This document shows positions 27,418 to 37,485 of a stretch of 64,000 nt of DNA, one piece after another. A model generated the notes under the pieces. The model ran no database searches. It worked only from the letters and a program-made list of their open reading frames with translations, and was not told where the DNA came from. Source of the stretch: Candidatus Eiseniibacteriota bacterium (GTDB lineage: Bacteria; Eisenbacteria; RBG-16-71-46); the NCBI GenBank assembly GCA_963707915.1, contig OY970178.1:1184001-1248000 (forward strand). The letters run 5' to 3'. A program made the translations under genes and the position numbers. The first letter of the stretch is position 1, and the number at the start of each line of letters is the position of its first letter.

Positions 27418-28808
27418 GCGCCCCCCTCCCGCGCCGCCACCCGCGCCACCTCGTCCTTGAAGCGGCGGCCGCGGTCCTCGAAGTCGGCGAACATGTCGAA
27501 GGAGGCGCAGCCCGGCGAGAGCAGCACGGGCGCGGGGCCGCCCGGGGCGGTCCGCGCGGTCTCGTAGGCCAGGTCCACCGCCGCGGCGAGCGAGTCCGCG
27601 CGCAGCAGGCGCGCACCGGCCCAGTGCGCGGCGATGCGATCCGCGCCCTCGCCGATCAGCACCACGGCCAGCGCCCGGCGGCGCACCAGGTCGCCCAGCG
27701 GCATGAAGTCCTGCCCCTTGTCGCGGCCGCCGGCGATCAGCACGATCGGGCTCTCGAAGCTCATGAGCGCGACCTCGAGCGAGTTCACGTTGGTGGCCTT
27801 GGAGTCGTTCACGAAGGCCACCCCCGCGACCGTCGCGACCGGTTCGAGGCGGTGCTCGAGGCCACCGTACTCCCGCAGCACGGCACGCAGGGCGTCCGGC
27901 GCCGGTTCCAGGGGCATCACGGTGGTGACCGCGGCCAGCGCGTTGAGGACGTTGTGCGCCCCGCGCAACCCGATCTCGCGCGTCTCCATCACGTCCTCGA
28001 CCCCGCCGCGCCAGCCGAGCCGCACGCGCCCGTCCACGATCGCGGCGCCGTCCTCGACCGCGTGCCGGGCGGAGAACTCCAGCCAGGTGGCCGAGCCCGT
28101 GCGGCGCCTCGTCACCTCGGGGTCGTCGGCGTTCCAGACCGCGTAGTCGGCCTCGTCCTGGCGCGCGAACAGGCGCTGCTTCGCCGCCCCGTAGACGTCC
28201 ATGTCCCCGTGCCGGTCGAGGTGATCGGGGGTCAGGTTGAGCCAGGTGGCGACGAAGGGCTTGAGGCGGTCCACGGTCTCGAGCTGGAAGGACGAGACTT
28301 CGACCACCAGCAGTCCGGTGGGCGGCACGCTCTCGGCGACCTCGCAGAGCGCCCGGCCGATGTTGCCGCAGACCTCGACCTGGCGGCCGGCGCCGCGCAG
28401 CAGGGCGCCCGCCAGGTGCGCCGTGGTGCTCTTGCCGTTGGTGCCGGTCACGCACAGGAATGGCGCGTGCGCCGCGAGGTAGCCGAGCTCGAGCTCGGAG
28501 AACAGCGGCAGGCCGGCCGCGCGGGCCGCCGCGGCCACCGGGTGGGTGTCCGGCACGCCCGGGCTCCAGACCACGAAGTCGCGGCCCTCGAGGGCGCGCG
28601 GGTCGTCCGCGTCCCAGCTGGCGCACACCCCCTGGCGCAGGAGCTCGCGGCCCCACGCCCCGCCCTCCGGCCCGGCCAGCTTCGCATCGGCCAGGCGCAC
28701 GTCGAGCCCGTGCCGCGCGAGCAGCCGGGCGGCGGCGAGGCCGGAGCGCGCCGCCCCCATCACCAGGGGCCGGGAGCCGGGCAGCGGATGGCGGGCGTCG
28801 ACGGTCAT
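27414..28808 (-). CDS. murD: UDP-MurNAc-L-Ala--D-Glu ligase
   Basis: VTGTNGKSTT, EVSSFQLE, DHLDRH, NDSKATN, SPGCASFDMF. Confidence 0.98.
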   Translation of the reverse strand: MTVDARHPLPGSRPLVMGAARSGLAAARLLARHGLDVRLADAKLAGPEGGAWGRELLRQGVCASWDADDPRALEGRDFVVWSPGVPDTHPVAAAARAAGLPLFSELELGYLAAHAPFLCVTGTNGKSTTAHLAGALLRGAGRQVEVCGNIGRALCEVAESVPPTGLLVVEVSSFQLETVDRLKPFVATWLNLTPDHLDRHGDMDVYGAAKQRLFARQDEADYAVWNADDPEVTRRRTGSATWLEFSARHAVEDGAAIVDGRVRLGWRGGVEDVMETREIGLRGAHNVLNALAAVTTVMPLEPAPDALRAVLREYGGLEHRLEPVATVAGVAFVNDSKATNVNSLEVALMSFESPIVLIAGGRDKGQDFMPLGDLVRRRALAVVLIGEGADRIAAHWAGARLLRADSLAAAVDLAYETARTAPGGPAPVLLSPGCASFDMFADFEDRGRRFKDEVARVAAREGGA

Positions 28809-29896
28809 TGCAGCTTGAAGGTCGAGAGCGAGAGCAGGGCCAGGAGCACGCCCACGATGTAGAAGCGCAGGACCACGCGCGACTCGGGCCAGCCCTTGAG
28901 CTCGAAATGGTGGTGGATCGGCGCCATCCGGAAGACACGCTTCCCGAGGAACTTGTACGAGGCCACCTGGATCGTCACCGAGAACGCCTCCGCCACGAAC
29001 ACGCCTCCCACGAGCACCAGCCAGAACTCGCGCTTGATGAGCACGGCCACCACGCCGAGCGCCCCGCCGAGGGCGAGCGACCCGGTGTCCCCCATGAACA
29101 CGTCGGCCGGATGGCAGTTGTACCAGAGAAAGCCCAGCGTCGCCCCCACCACCGCCGCACAGAACACCGTCAGCTCCCCACTGTACGGCAGAGTCGTGAT
29201 GTTCAGGTAGGCGCTGATCTTGGCGTGGCCGCTGACGTAGCACATCCCGGCAAGGGTCAGTGCGGCGATGCCCACCAGTCCCGTGGCGAGGCCGTCGAGG
29301 CCGTCGGTCAGGTTCACGGCGTTGGACTCGGCGGTGACGACGAAGATGACCCAGGGGATGAACAGCCAGCCGAAGTCGATGTAGCGGAACTTGAGGAACG
29401 GGATATGGGTGGTCGTGGCCGAGAGCCCCGGCTCGGGCCACACCACGAGGGCGATGCCGACGAGGGCGCCGAGCAGGATCTGGCCCGCGAGCTTGTAGCG
29501 GCCGAGCAGGCCCTTGGGAAAGCCCTTCACCACCCGCAGGTAGTCGTCGAGGAAGCCCAGCGCGCCCAGCCACACCGTGGCGAGCAGGGCGAGCCACAGC
29601 GCGCGCGAGTGGAAGTTCCCCCACAGCAGCGTGGGCACGACGATCGAGGTGACGATGAGCAGTCCCCCCATCGTGGGGGTGCCGGCCTTCGCCAGGTGCG
29701 CCTGCGGTCCCTCGGCGCGGATCTTCTGCCCCAGCTTCACGCGCCGCAGCCAGGCGATCATGGCCGGCCCGAGCAGGTAGCACAGCAGCAGTGCCGTGAC
29801 CGCCGCGTAGGCGCTGCGCAGGGTGATGTAGCGGAAGACGTTCAGGATCGCGAGCCCGGGCACGTGGTGGAGCGGGTAGACCCATTCGTAGAACAT
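28805..29896 (-). CDS. mraY: Phospho-MurNAc-pentapeptide transferase
   Basis: GTPTMGG, NAVNLTDGLDGLA, FMGDTGSL, MAPIHHHFE. Confidence 0.99.
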   Translation of the reverse strand: MFYEWVYPLHHVPGLAILNVFRYITLRSAYAAVTALLLCYLLGPAMIAWLRRVKLGQKIRAEGPQAHLAKAGTPTMGGLLIVTSIVVPTLLWGNFHSRALWLALLATVWLGALGFLDDYLRVVKGFPKGLLGRYKLAGQILLGALVGIALVVWPEPGLSATTTHIPFLKFRYIDFGWLFIPWVIFVVTAESNAVNLTDGLDGLATGLVGIAALTLAGMCYVSGHAKISAYLNITTLPYSGELTVFCAAVVGATLGFLWYNCHPADVFMGDTGSLALGGALGVVAVLIKREFWLVLVGGVFVAEAFSVTIQVASYKFLGKRVFRMAPIHHHFELKGWPESRVVLRFYIVGVLLALLSLSTFKLQ

Positions 29897-31320
29897 CAGC
29901 CTGCCTCCCCCGTGCCCGCTCCCAGGCCTTCCAGGACCGTTTCGAGCGCCGCGCCGCGCGAGGCCTTGAGCAGCACGACCACGCCCTCGCCCAGGGCCCC
30001 GGCCAGCGCCTGGCGCAGGGCGGGCTTCCCGTCGAAGCACCGCACCGTCGTGCCGGCCTGGCGCGCCCCGGCCGCGTAGTCGTCCGCGTGCGCCCCGACC
30101 ACCCAGAGCTCGGCCTCGCGCACCTGCGCACCGGTCACGCGGTGGAGCGCGGCGGCGCGCGGGCCCAGCTCGAGCATGTCGCCGAGCACCGCGATGCGCC
30201 GGCGCGCCCCGGGCCACCCGGCGAGCGTCTCGAGCGCGGCGCGCATCGACTCGGGGTTCGCGTTGTAGCAGTCCACCAGCAGCAGGGCGCCCTTCACCTG
30301 CCTCGGCTCCATGCGCCCCTGCGTCCCGCGGACCTGCCCGAGCGCGGCGACCACCGCGGCGGGATCGAGCCCCGACTCGCGCGCCACCGCGAGGGCGGCG
30401 AGCGCGTTCGGCACCTGGTGCCCGCCCACCAGCCGCAGGTGGAGCGGCGGGAAGCCGGCGACCTCGATGCGGCTCCCGTCGGGCCCCAGGTCGGTCACGC
30501 GCTCGGGACGCACGTGCGCCGACCGCGACAGCCCGTAGCGGATCACGCGCGCCTTCACGCCCGCCAGCGCGCGCAGCAGGCGCGGCGAGTCCGCGCCGAC
30601 GAACAACGGCCGGTCGGCCTCGAGCGCGAACCCCAGGCTCGCCTTCTCGCGCGCCACGGCCTCGAGCGTGCCGAAGCCCTCCAGGTGCGCGCTGCCCGCG
30701 TTGGTGATCACCGCCGCGCCGGGCGCGGCGATCCCCGCCAGGGCGGCGACCTCCCCCGGGTGGTTCGAGCCGATCTCCACCACCGCCGTGCGGTGCTCGG
30801 GCCGGAGCCGCAGCAGCGTGAGCGGCACGCCCCACTGGTTGTTGAGGTTCCCCGCGCTGCGCAGCCCGGGGCCCGCCACGGAGAGCGCCTCCGCCACCAG
30901 TTCGCGCGTCGTGGTCTTGCCCGCGCTGCCGGTCACGCACAGCAGCAGGCCGTGCCAGCCGAGCCGGTGGCCGTGCGCGAGCCGCCCCAGGGCGGCGGTG
31001 ACGTCGTCGACCACCACCAGCGGCCCGGGCTCGCGGCCCCGCAGGGCCTCGTGGCGCCCGCGCTCGCACAGCGCCACGGCGGCGCCGCGGCGGAAGGCCT
31101 CCTCGAGGAAGTCGTGCCCGTCGGCGCGGCCGCCCGGCAGCGGCACGAAGAGCATCCCGGGCCGGAGCGTGCGGGTGTCGAGGCTCGCGCCCTCCACGGC
31201 GGCGGCGAGGAAGGCCTCGCGCGCGGCCGCCCCGGCGGGCACCTCGCGCACCACCAGGTCGCCGCCCGCCAGCCGGGCGATGCGCGGGAGCGTGAGGGCG
31301 GCGGGGGAAGTCGCGGTCAT
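29896..31320 (-). CDS. murF: UDP-MurNAc-tripeptide--D-Ala-D-Ala ligase
   Basis: TGSAGKTTT, GNLNNQWGVP, DCYNANPESM, LGDMLELG, KASRG. Confidence 0.97.
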   Translation of the reverse strand: MTATSPAALTLPRIARLAGGDLVVREVPAGAAAREAFLAAAVEGASLDTRTLRPGMLFVPLPGGRADGHDFLEEAFRRGAAVALCERGRHEALRGREPGPLVVVDDVTAALGRLAHGHRLGWHGLLLCVTGSAGKTTTRELVAEALSVAGPGLRSAGNLNNQWGVPLTLLRLRPEHRTAVVEIGSNHPGEVAALAGIAAPGAAVITNAGSAHLEGFGTLEAVAREKASLGFALEADRPLFVGADSPRLLRALAGVKARVIRYGLSRSAHVRPERVTDLGPDGSRIEVAGFPPLHLRLVGGHQVPNALAALAVARESGLDPAAVVAALGQVRGTQGRMEPRQVKGALLLVDCYNANPESMRAALETLAGWPGARRRIAVLGDMLELGPRAAALHRVTGAQVREAELWVVGAHADDYAAGARQAGTTVRCFDGKPALRQALAGALGEGVVVLLKASRGAALETVLEGLGAGTGEAG

Positions 31321-32798
31321 GCCCGGCCCCGCTCGCGCAGCAGCTCGCGCGCCACGTCGCGGTCGTCGAACGGCAGCACCCGGTCCCCGACGGACTGCGT
31401 GGTCTCGTGCCCCTTGCCGGCGATCAGCACCGCGTCCCCGGGGCGCGCGGCGGCGAGCGCCAGGCCGATGGCCGCCCGGCGGTCGAGCTCGAGATGCACC
31501 GGGCCGCCGGCGCCGCCCGCGCCCGCGAGGATCTCCTCCGCGATCGCCGCCGGGTCCTCGCCGCGCGGGTTGTCGCTCGTCACCCACACCTCGTCGGCCC
31601 CGGCACGGGCGGCGCGTCCCATGACCGGGCGCTTCGCCCGGTCGCGATCGCCGCCGCAGCCGAACACCAGCAGCAGGCGCCCGCGCACGTGCTCGCGGAT
31701 GGCGGCCAGCGAGCGCTCGAGCGCGTCGGGGGTGTGGGCGTAGTCCACGACCACCTCGAAGCCGGCGGCCGGGGCGACGCGCTCCAGCCGCCCGGGAACC
31801 CCCTCGACCGCCGCAAGGCCCGCCGCGGCGCGCGCGGGCGCCACGCCCAGCGCCAGCGCCGCGGCGAAGGCACCCGCGGCGTTCCAGGCGTTGTAGCGCC
31901 CGAGCAGCGGCAGCCGCACCTCGTACGCGCTTCCGGCCACCAGCTCGACCACCAGCCCGTCGGGCGCGGCGTCGACGCGCGCGATGCGCACGTCGGTCCC
32001 CGCCGCGGCGCCGAAGCGCAGCAGTCCCATGCCCCCGCGGCGGGCGGCCGCCACGACCGTCTCCGCCACCAGGTCGTCGGCGTTCACCACCGCGGTCGCG
32101 GACTTCGCGGGACGCGGGGCATTGCGGCCGTCGAACAGCATGAGCTTGGCGTCCAGGTAGGCCTCGAGCGTGCCGTGGTAGTCGAGGTGGTCGTGGCTCA
32201 GGTTCGTGAACACCGCCGCGTCGAGGTCGAGCCCGTAGGCCCGCCGCTGCACCAGGGCGTGGCTGCTCAGCTCGAGCGCCACCGCCTCCACGCCGGCGTC
32301 CGCCATCTCGCGCAGCAGCGCCTGCAGCTCGGTCGCCTCGGGCGTGGTGTAGCCGAGCGGGCGCACGGCGCCGTCGAGGCGGGCCCCGGTCGTGCCGAGC
32401 ACCCCCGGCCGCCAGCCGGCGGCACGGAAGACCGACTCGAGCAGGTAGGTCGTCGTGGTCTTGCCGTTCGTGCCCGTGACGCCCACCGCCCGCAGCGCGC
32501 GCACGGGCCGGCCGTGGAACGCCGCGGCCGCCTCGGCCAGGGCCCGGCGCGGTTCGGGCACTCGCACCAGCGGCCCGTCCCCCGCCGGCGCGTCCGGCCC
32601 CACCACCGCCGCCACGGCGCCCGCGGCGAGGGCCTGACGAACGAAGGCCTGCCCGTCCTGGCGCAGGCCCGCGAGGGCGAAGAAGAGGTCACCGGGCCGC
32701 ACCCGGCGCGAGTCCGAGGCGAGTCCGCTCACCTCCACCCCTCCATCGCCCGCGAACGAGGGGCCACCCATCGCCTCGAGCAGGGCGCGCAGGATCAC
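31317..32798 (-). CDS. murE: UDP-MurNAc-dipeptide--meso-DAP ligase
   Basis: VTGTNGKTT, DHLDYH, DYAHTPD, GCGGDRD, DNPR (DAP-type), AGKGHE; GTG start. Confidence 0.97.
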   Translation of the reverse strand: MILRALLEAMGGPSFAGDGGVEVSGLASDSRRVRPGDLFFALAGLRQDGQAFVRQALAAGAVAAVVGPDAPAGDGPLVRVPEPRRALAEAAAAFHGRPVRALRAVGVTGTNGKTTTTYLLESVFRAAGWRPGVLGTTGARLDGAVRPLGYTTPEATELQALLREMADAGVEAVALELSSHALVQRRAYGLDLDAAVFTNLSHDHLDYHGTLEAYLDAKLMLFDGRNAPRPAKSATAVVNADDLVAETVVAAARRGGMGLLRFGAAAGTDVRIARVDAAPDGLVVELVAGSAYEVRLPLLGRYNAWNAAGAFAAALALGVAPARAAAGLAAVEGVPGRLERVAPAAGFEVVVDYAHTPDALERSLAAIREHVRGRLLLVFGCGGDRDRAKRPVMGRAARAGADEVWVTSDNPRGEDPAAIAEEILAGAGGAGGPVHLELDRRAAIGLALAAARPGDAVLIAGKGHETTQSVGDRVLPFDDRDVARELLRERGRA

Positions 32799-34955
32799 GC
32801 CCCGGCCCTCCCGGCGCCCGCCCGCACCGCTCCCGCCGGGAAACCGCTCAGCGGGGCGGGGGACGGCGAGGCCGCCGGGGCCACGCCCGGCATGCACCAC
32901 AGACGGCACTCGGAGCCGGGCGCGAACGGCGTGCCCGCCGCGGGCTCCTGCCGCACCACGATCCCGCTGCCGGTGATGCGCGCGCGCACCTGCCGCGGCG
33001 TGAGCCGCCGCAACGCCTCGCGCGACGGCAACCCGACGAGGTCGGGCAGCAGGAGCGCCGCCGAGTCCGCCGGGGCGGAGAGCCAGACGCTCACGCCGGC
33101 GCCGCGCTCGACCGCCTGTCCCGCGGCGGGCGACTGCGCCAGCGCACGCGGGCCCTGTCCCTCGAAGCGCGCGCGCAGGCCGTGCTCGGCGAGCCGACGC
33201 TCGACCGCGAGCCGCGGCAGCAGCCGCAGGTCGGGCACCACCACCGCAGCGGGCGCCGGCGGCTTCGCCGCCACCTCGGTCGAGCCCGTGCCGAGCGGGC
33301 CGTCGGGCAGGCGGCGGAGATCCAGCATCACCTCGCGGAACACCGGCGCGGCGATCTCCCCGCCGTAGTAGTGCCCGGTGCGCGGCTCGTCGATCACCAC
33401 GATGCCGACCAGGGTGGGCGCGCCCGCGGGGGCGAAACCCACGAACGACGAGAGGTACTTGCCCGCCGCGTACGTCCGGATCGCCGGGTCGTACTTCTGC
33501 GCGGTGCCCGTCTTGCCGGCGACCGCGAAGCCCGGGATGCGCGTGGCCGTCGCCGTGCCGCTGTCCACGACCGCGGTCAGCATCTCCCTTAGCAGGGCGG
33601 TGGTGCTCTCGCGGAACACGCGGCGGGCGGCGCGCGGCGCGTAACGGTGGAGCGCGTTGCCCCCGCCGTCGCGCACCTCGCGGACCAGCATCGGTTCCAT
33701 CAGCACGCCGCCGTTGGCGATCGCGGCGTAGGCCAGCACCAGCTGCAGCGGGCGTCACCGAGACCTCGTGCCCGATGGCGATGGTGGGGCACGAGCGCGA
33801 CGACCAGTGGTCGGGGCTGTGCAGCCGGCCGGCGGTCTCGCCCGGGAAGTCCAGCCCGGTGATGCTGCCGAAGCCGAGCGCGGTGGCGTAGCGGTAGAGC
33901 CGCTCGGGGCCGGCGAGCAGGCCGAGCTTGGCCATGACGATGTTGCTCGAGTACTGCACGGCGCCGAAGAGGGTGAACCCGCGGGCCTTGTGCGAGTCGT
34001 GGAAGGACACGCCCGGCGCCACCTGGCAGACGCCGTTGCCCGCGTCGAAGTACTGGTCCGGCCGTGCCAGCTCCTCCTCGAGCGCGGTGCCCGCGGCCAC
34101 GACCTTGAAGGTGGAGCCCGGCTCGTACTGGTCGGTGAACGGCCAGTTGCGCGACTTGCCGGGGGGCAGGTGCGGGACACAGACCGAAGCCAGGATCTCG
34201 CCGTTGCGCGGGTCCATGAAGAGCGCGAAGCCGCGCACCGCGCGCAGCGTGTCCACCGCGCGCGCGAGGTGGTGCTCGACGATGCCCTGCAGGTCGAGGT
34301 CGAGGGTCAGCACGGCGCTGCGGCCGTCGGCCGGAGCGCGGCTCAGGCCGCGCGGCAGCCCCACGGTGCGGTTCTTCCCGACGCGGAACTTCGTGGACCA
34401 GCCGGGCCGCCCGCGCAGCTCGTCGTCCAGCTGCAGCTCGAGCCCGTCCACCCCGCTGTCGTCGAGATCGGTGCGGCCGAGGATCTCGCTGGCGGCGGCG
34501 CCCAGCGTGTAGTCGCGCCGCGTCTCCACCGAGAGGTGCACGCCGCGCCACTTGCGGTCGGCCACCGCTTCGCCGACCTCGGGAGGCTGGTGGCGCGCCA
34601 CCCAGACGAAGCGCGGGTGCGCGCGGAACTCCGCGGCCAGTCGCCGCGCGTCCAGGTGCAGCAGGGCCGCCAGGCCGCGGGCCACGGCGGCGGGGTCGGC
34701 CATCTCGCGCGGGGCCGCCGAGACCGAGCAGGTCATCAGGTCGCGCGCCAGCGGGCGCCCGCGCCGGTCCAGCAGCTCGCCGCGGACCGGGCGGACCAGC
34801 ACGCGCTGCTCCTGGTTCAGCTCCGCGCGCTCCGCGTAGTACGAGTGCTGGACGATCTGCAGCCACGCCACGCGCAGCCACAGGACGACCAGACCAAGCA
34901 GCAGACCGGCCGCAGCCACCAGCACCCGGCTCCTGCGCGAATCCCTGTGGGCCAA
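32795..34955 (-). CDS. ftsI: FtsI/PBP3 transpeptidase with two PASTA domains; +1 frameshift near 33750, probably a sequencing error
   Basis: YEPGSTFK (SxxK), SSN, KTGTAQK; removing one C near 33750 restores VTPLQLVLAYAAIANGG. Confidence 0.93.
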
Positions 34956-35066
34956 CTCCTTCCCTCCGTGGAACGGCGGTTCACGCGGACCGCCGGGCCG
35001 TCACAAGCGCGGTGCGGTGGTGCGGCCGGTCGTATCTGCCGGGCGCGCCGATGATTCGTCCGTTCG

Positions 35067-35504
35067 TCAGTTCGTGTGGTCGCGACCACGGGCCGTGGCG
35101 TCCGGTACCAGTGCGCGGGAGATCCTTCCCGCCCACGCCAGCGCCGGGCGCGGCTCCTGCCCCGTTTCACGGTCCGCCGCCGCCAGGTACTCCTGCGGCA
35201 GCTGGACCACCTGCCGGGTGTCGACCGGGACGAGCTCCAGCAGGCCGGCCTGCGGGGCGAGCTCCGCCCGGGTCGTGCGGCGATCGACTTCGGCGTTCAG
35301 GTACCCGAGCCGCGCCCGGGCCTGCTGGACCGCGGCGCGGTTGTGGTCGAGAGCGAGGCACAACTCGGCCATGCGCGAGCTCTGCCACACCTCGACCAGC
35401 AGCATCCCCAGCGCGGCCAGCACGATGACCCACAACTCGGGCCGGAGCGCGCGCCGGTCCGTGGCGCGCCACGAGGAGAGATTCCGACGTCCGTTGCTGT
35501 TCAT
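35067..35504 (-). CDS. ftsL: Cell division protein FtsL-like
   Basis: Short cytoplasmic tail, TM, coiled coil; lies between rsmH and ftsI with an ATGA overlap. Confidence 0.75.
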   Translation of the reverse strand: MNSNGRRNLSSWRATDRRALRPELWVIVLAALGMLLVEVWQSSRMAELCLALDHNRAAVQQARARLGYLNAEVDRRTTRAELAPQAGLLELVPVDTRQVVQLPQEYLAAADRETGQEPRPALAWAGRISRALVPDATARGRDHTN

Positions 35505-36430
35505 CCTTGGGTTCTCCGGAAGGCACGGAGCCGGGCGCTGCGCGCCCGTGGATTCCGCTCCCGCTCGGCAGGCGAGGGTGTCACCACCCTCCGTGTGAGT
35601 TCGTCCCACGGCCTCTCCTGAGGCCGCACCCCGGGTATCTCCGGCAGCCGCCGCGCGAACCGTGAGCCGGTCGGGCCGCGCAGCGCCTGCTTGATCTTCC
35701 GATCCTCGCCCGAGTGGTAGGCGAGCGTCACCACCATGCCGCCGCGGTCCATCGCCTCCGGCAGCCACTGCAGCGCCGCTTCGAGATCCTCGGCCTCGCC
35801 GTTGACCCAGATGCGCAGCGCCTGGAACACCTGCGCGTACCGTCTCGGGTGGGCCGGCCCGCCGAGCGCGCGGTCGATGGCGTCCCGTAGCGCCCGCGTG
35901 GTCCTGAGCCCCCCCTGCCGGGCTTCCGCGACCAGGGCCCGCGCGAGCGGCCGGGCCCCGGACACGTCACCGTGCTCTCTCAGCACGGCGCCCAGCTCCT
36001 CCTCCCCCGCCCCCTCCAGCCGCTCCGCGCCGGTCCTTCCGCGCGACGGATCCATCCTTAGATCGAGCGGCCCGTCCTGCATGAAGCTCATCCCCCGGGC
36101 CGGGTCGTCGATCTGCCTCGACGACAGGCCCAGGTCGAACAGCGCTCCGACCAACCCCCCGCCTCCGGCCGCGGTCAGCGCGGCCGGCACCTCCCGGAAC
36201 GTCGCGTGGGCGAGGCTCACGCGCGTCCCGAACCGCTTCAGCCTCCCGGCCGCCCGCTCCAGCGCGGACGGATCACGGTCGCAGCCCAGCAGCCGCGCGC
36301 CCGGCTCGGCCTCGAGCAGGGCCTCGGCGTGTCCGGCGTCGCCGAGCGTCGCGTCGAGGTAGCGTCCCGGCCCGTTCCGCAGGTAGCCCAGCACCTCGGC
36401 CAGCATGACCGGTTCATGACGCACACTCAC
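35501..36430 (-). CDS. rsmH: 16S rRNA m4C1402 methyltransferase
   Basis: HEPVM, DATLGDAGHA, DLGLSS, GPLDLRMD, FQALRIWVN, YHSGEDR, NPRARSARLR. Confidence 0.97.
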   Translation of the reverse strand: MSVRHEPVMLAEVLGYLRNGPGRYLDATLGDAGHAEALLEAEPGARLLGCDRDPSALERAAGRLKRFGTRVSLAHATFREVPAALTAAGGGGLVGALFDLGLSSRQIDDPARGMSFMQDGPLDLRMDPSRGRTGAERLEGAGEEELGAVLREHGDVSGARPLARALVAEARQGGLRTTRALRDAIDRALGGPAHPRRYAQVFQALRIWVNGEAEDLEAALQWLPEAMDRGGMVVTLAYHSGEDRKIKQALRGPTGSRFARRLPEIPGVRPQERPWDELTRRVVTPSPAERERNPRARSARLRAFRRTQG

Positions 36431-36869
36431 GTCCCGACTCGTATCCGGCCGGAGCCGCCAGCAGGTCGGCCGCCGAAGGCCAGCAACGCAGGCGCGCCTC
36501 GCATCCCGCCAGCCGGAAGAGGTCCCGCAGGTAGGACGAGAGGCCGCAGACCACGATGCCGCCCGCGCGGCTCTCGAAGCGCGCAAGCGCCGCCTCCAGC
36601 GCGGGCACCGTGCGGTAGTCGATGTGGCGGACCTGGGAGCAGTCGAGCAGGAGCTGCTCGATGCCGCGCTCGCCCAGGTCGTCCAGCGTGCGGCCGAGGC
36701 GCGCGATGGCGACGCGGTCGAGCCAGCCCCGCAGGGCGAAGAGCACCACCCGGCCGGCCGGCCGGTCGCGCAGTTCGATGCGTGCCGAGGCGCCGTGCCG
36801 CCCGCCGCTCAACTCGAGGTTGAGCGCGACGGCGATGCGGTCCTCGTCTCTCTGCGGTCGGGCGACCAT
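36414..36869 (-). CDS. STAS-domain protein
   Basis: LRGWLD..LLLDCSQVRHID..GGIVVCGLSSYLRDLFRLAG fits the STAS pattern; overlaps the rsmH start. Confidence 0.82.
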   Translation of the reverse strand: MVARPQRDEDRIAVALNLELSGGRHGASARIELRDRPAGRVVLFALRGWLDRVAIARLGRTLDDLGERGIEQLLLDCSQVRHIDYRTVPALEAALARFESRAGGIVVCGLSSYLRDLFRLAGCEARLRCWPSAADLLAAPAGYESGRECAS

Positions 36870-36874
36870 GGGGC

Positions 36875-37324
36875 TCAGTCCCTGAGCTTCAGCGTCTCGA
36901 GTCGGGCGAGTGCGTCGTCGGAGAGCACGGCCCGCTTCTGGCCGTACTTCTCCGCGCTCCAGATGGCGATGTAGCCGATGATGCCGCGCAGGACGACATC
37001 CTTGCCGAGACCTGCGCGATCCTGCAGTGCCGGTGGGATCGTGATCCGTCCCTGGGCGTCCACCGTCACCCAACAAGCGTCCTCGAGGAATGCGAACACG
37101 AAGTCGCGGTCCTCGCGGTCGCCCTTCAGCAGCCGGTTCAGCTTCTCCTCCATCGTGCGCCAGTCCTCGACGGAGTAGAGCTGCAGGCAGCCTTCGCTGC
37201 CGTGCTTGAGGAAGAAGCGATCGTGCGTCTTCTTCGAGAACGAGTCGCGGCGCAACGAGACGGGCACGCTCAACCGGCGCTTCGGGTCGAGCGTGCCCTT
37301 CTCGGTGCCGTAGAACGCGGCCAT
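36875..37324 (-). CDS. mraZ: Division/cell wall cluster repressor MraZ
   Basis: FYG..LDPKRRLSVP, EGCLQLY, VDAQGRITIP, IAIWS; first gene of the dcw cluster. Confidence 0.95.
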   Translation of the reverse strand: MAAFYGTEKGTLDPKRRLSVPVSLRRDSFSKKTHDRFFLKHGSEGCLQLYSVEDWRTMEEKLNRLLKGDREDRDFVFAFLEDACWVTVDAQGRITIPPALQDRAGLGKDVVLRGIIGYIAIWSAEKYGQKRAVLSDDALARLETLKLRD

Positions 37325-37353
37325 CTCTTCGGTCCCCTCAGAACTCGCGACGC

Positions 37354-37388
37354 ACCATTTCATGCCTTACTTCACCACTTCATCCCAC
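37354..37388 (-). promoter_or_regulatory. MraZ operator direct repeats
   Basis: Minus strand GTGGG-N5-GTGGT-N5-AAGGC-N5-ATGGT with 10-bp period, just downstream of the promoter. Confidence 0.7.
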
Positions 37389-37397
37389 GCGCAAGGC

Positions 37398-37426
37398 AAC
37401 ATAGACACGCCACGTGCTGATGTCAA
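37398..37426 (-). promoter_or_regulatory. Sigma-70 promoter of the dcw operon
   Basis: TTGACA-N17-TATGTT. Confidence 0.8.
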
Positions 37427-37485
37427 AAGAATTTGTGCGCTCGCCGGATGATTCTCATCGCCGGCCACTGCACGATTGTGCAGTC

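Noticed and set aside
31317..34955. 1212-aa FtsI-MurE fusion ORF
   Set aside because: Produced by the +1 frameshift near 33750; the middle is off-frame junk and the true FtsI C-terminus is in ORF 32795-33739
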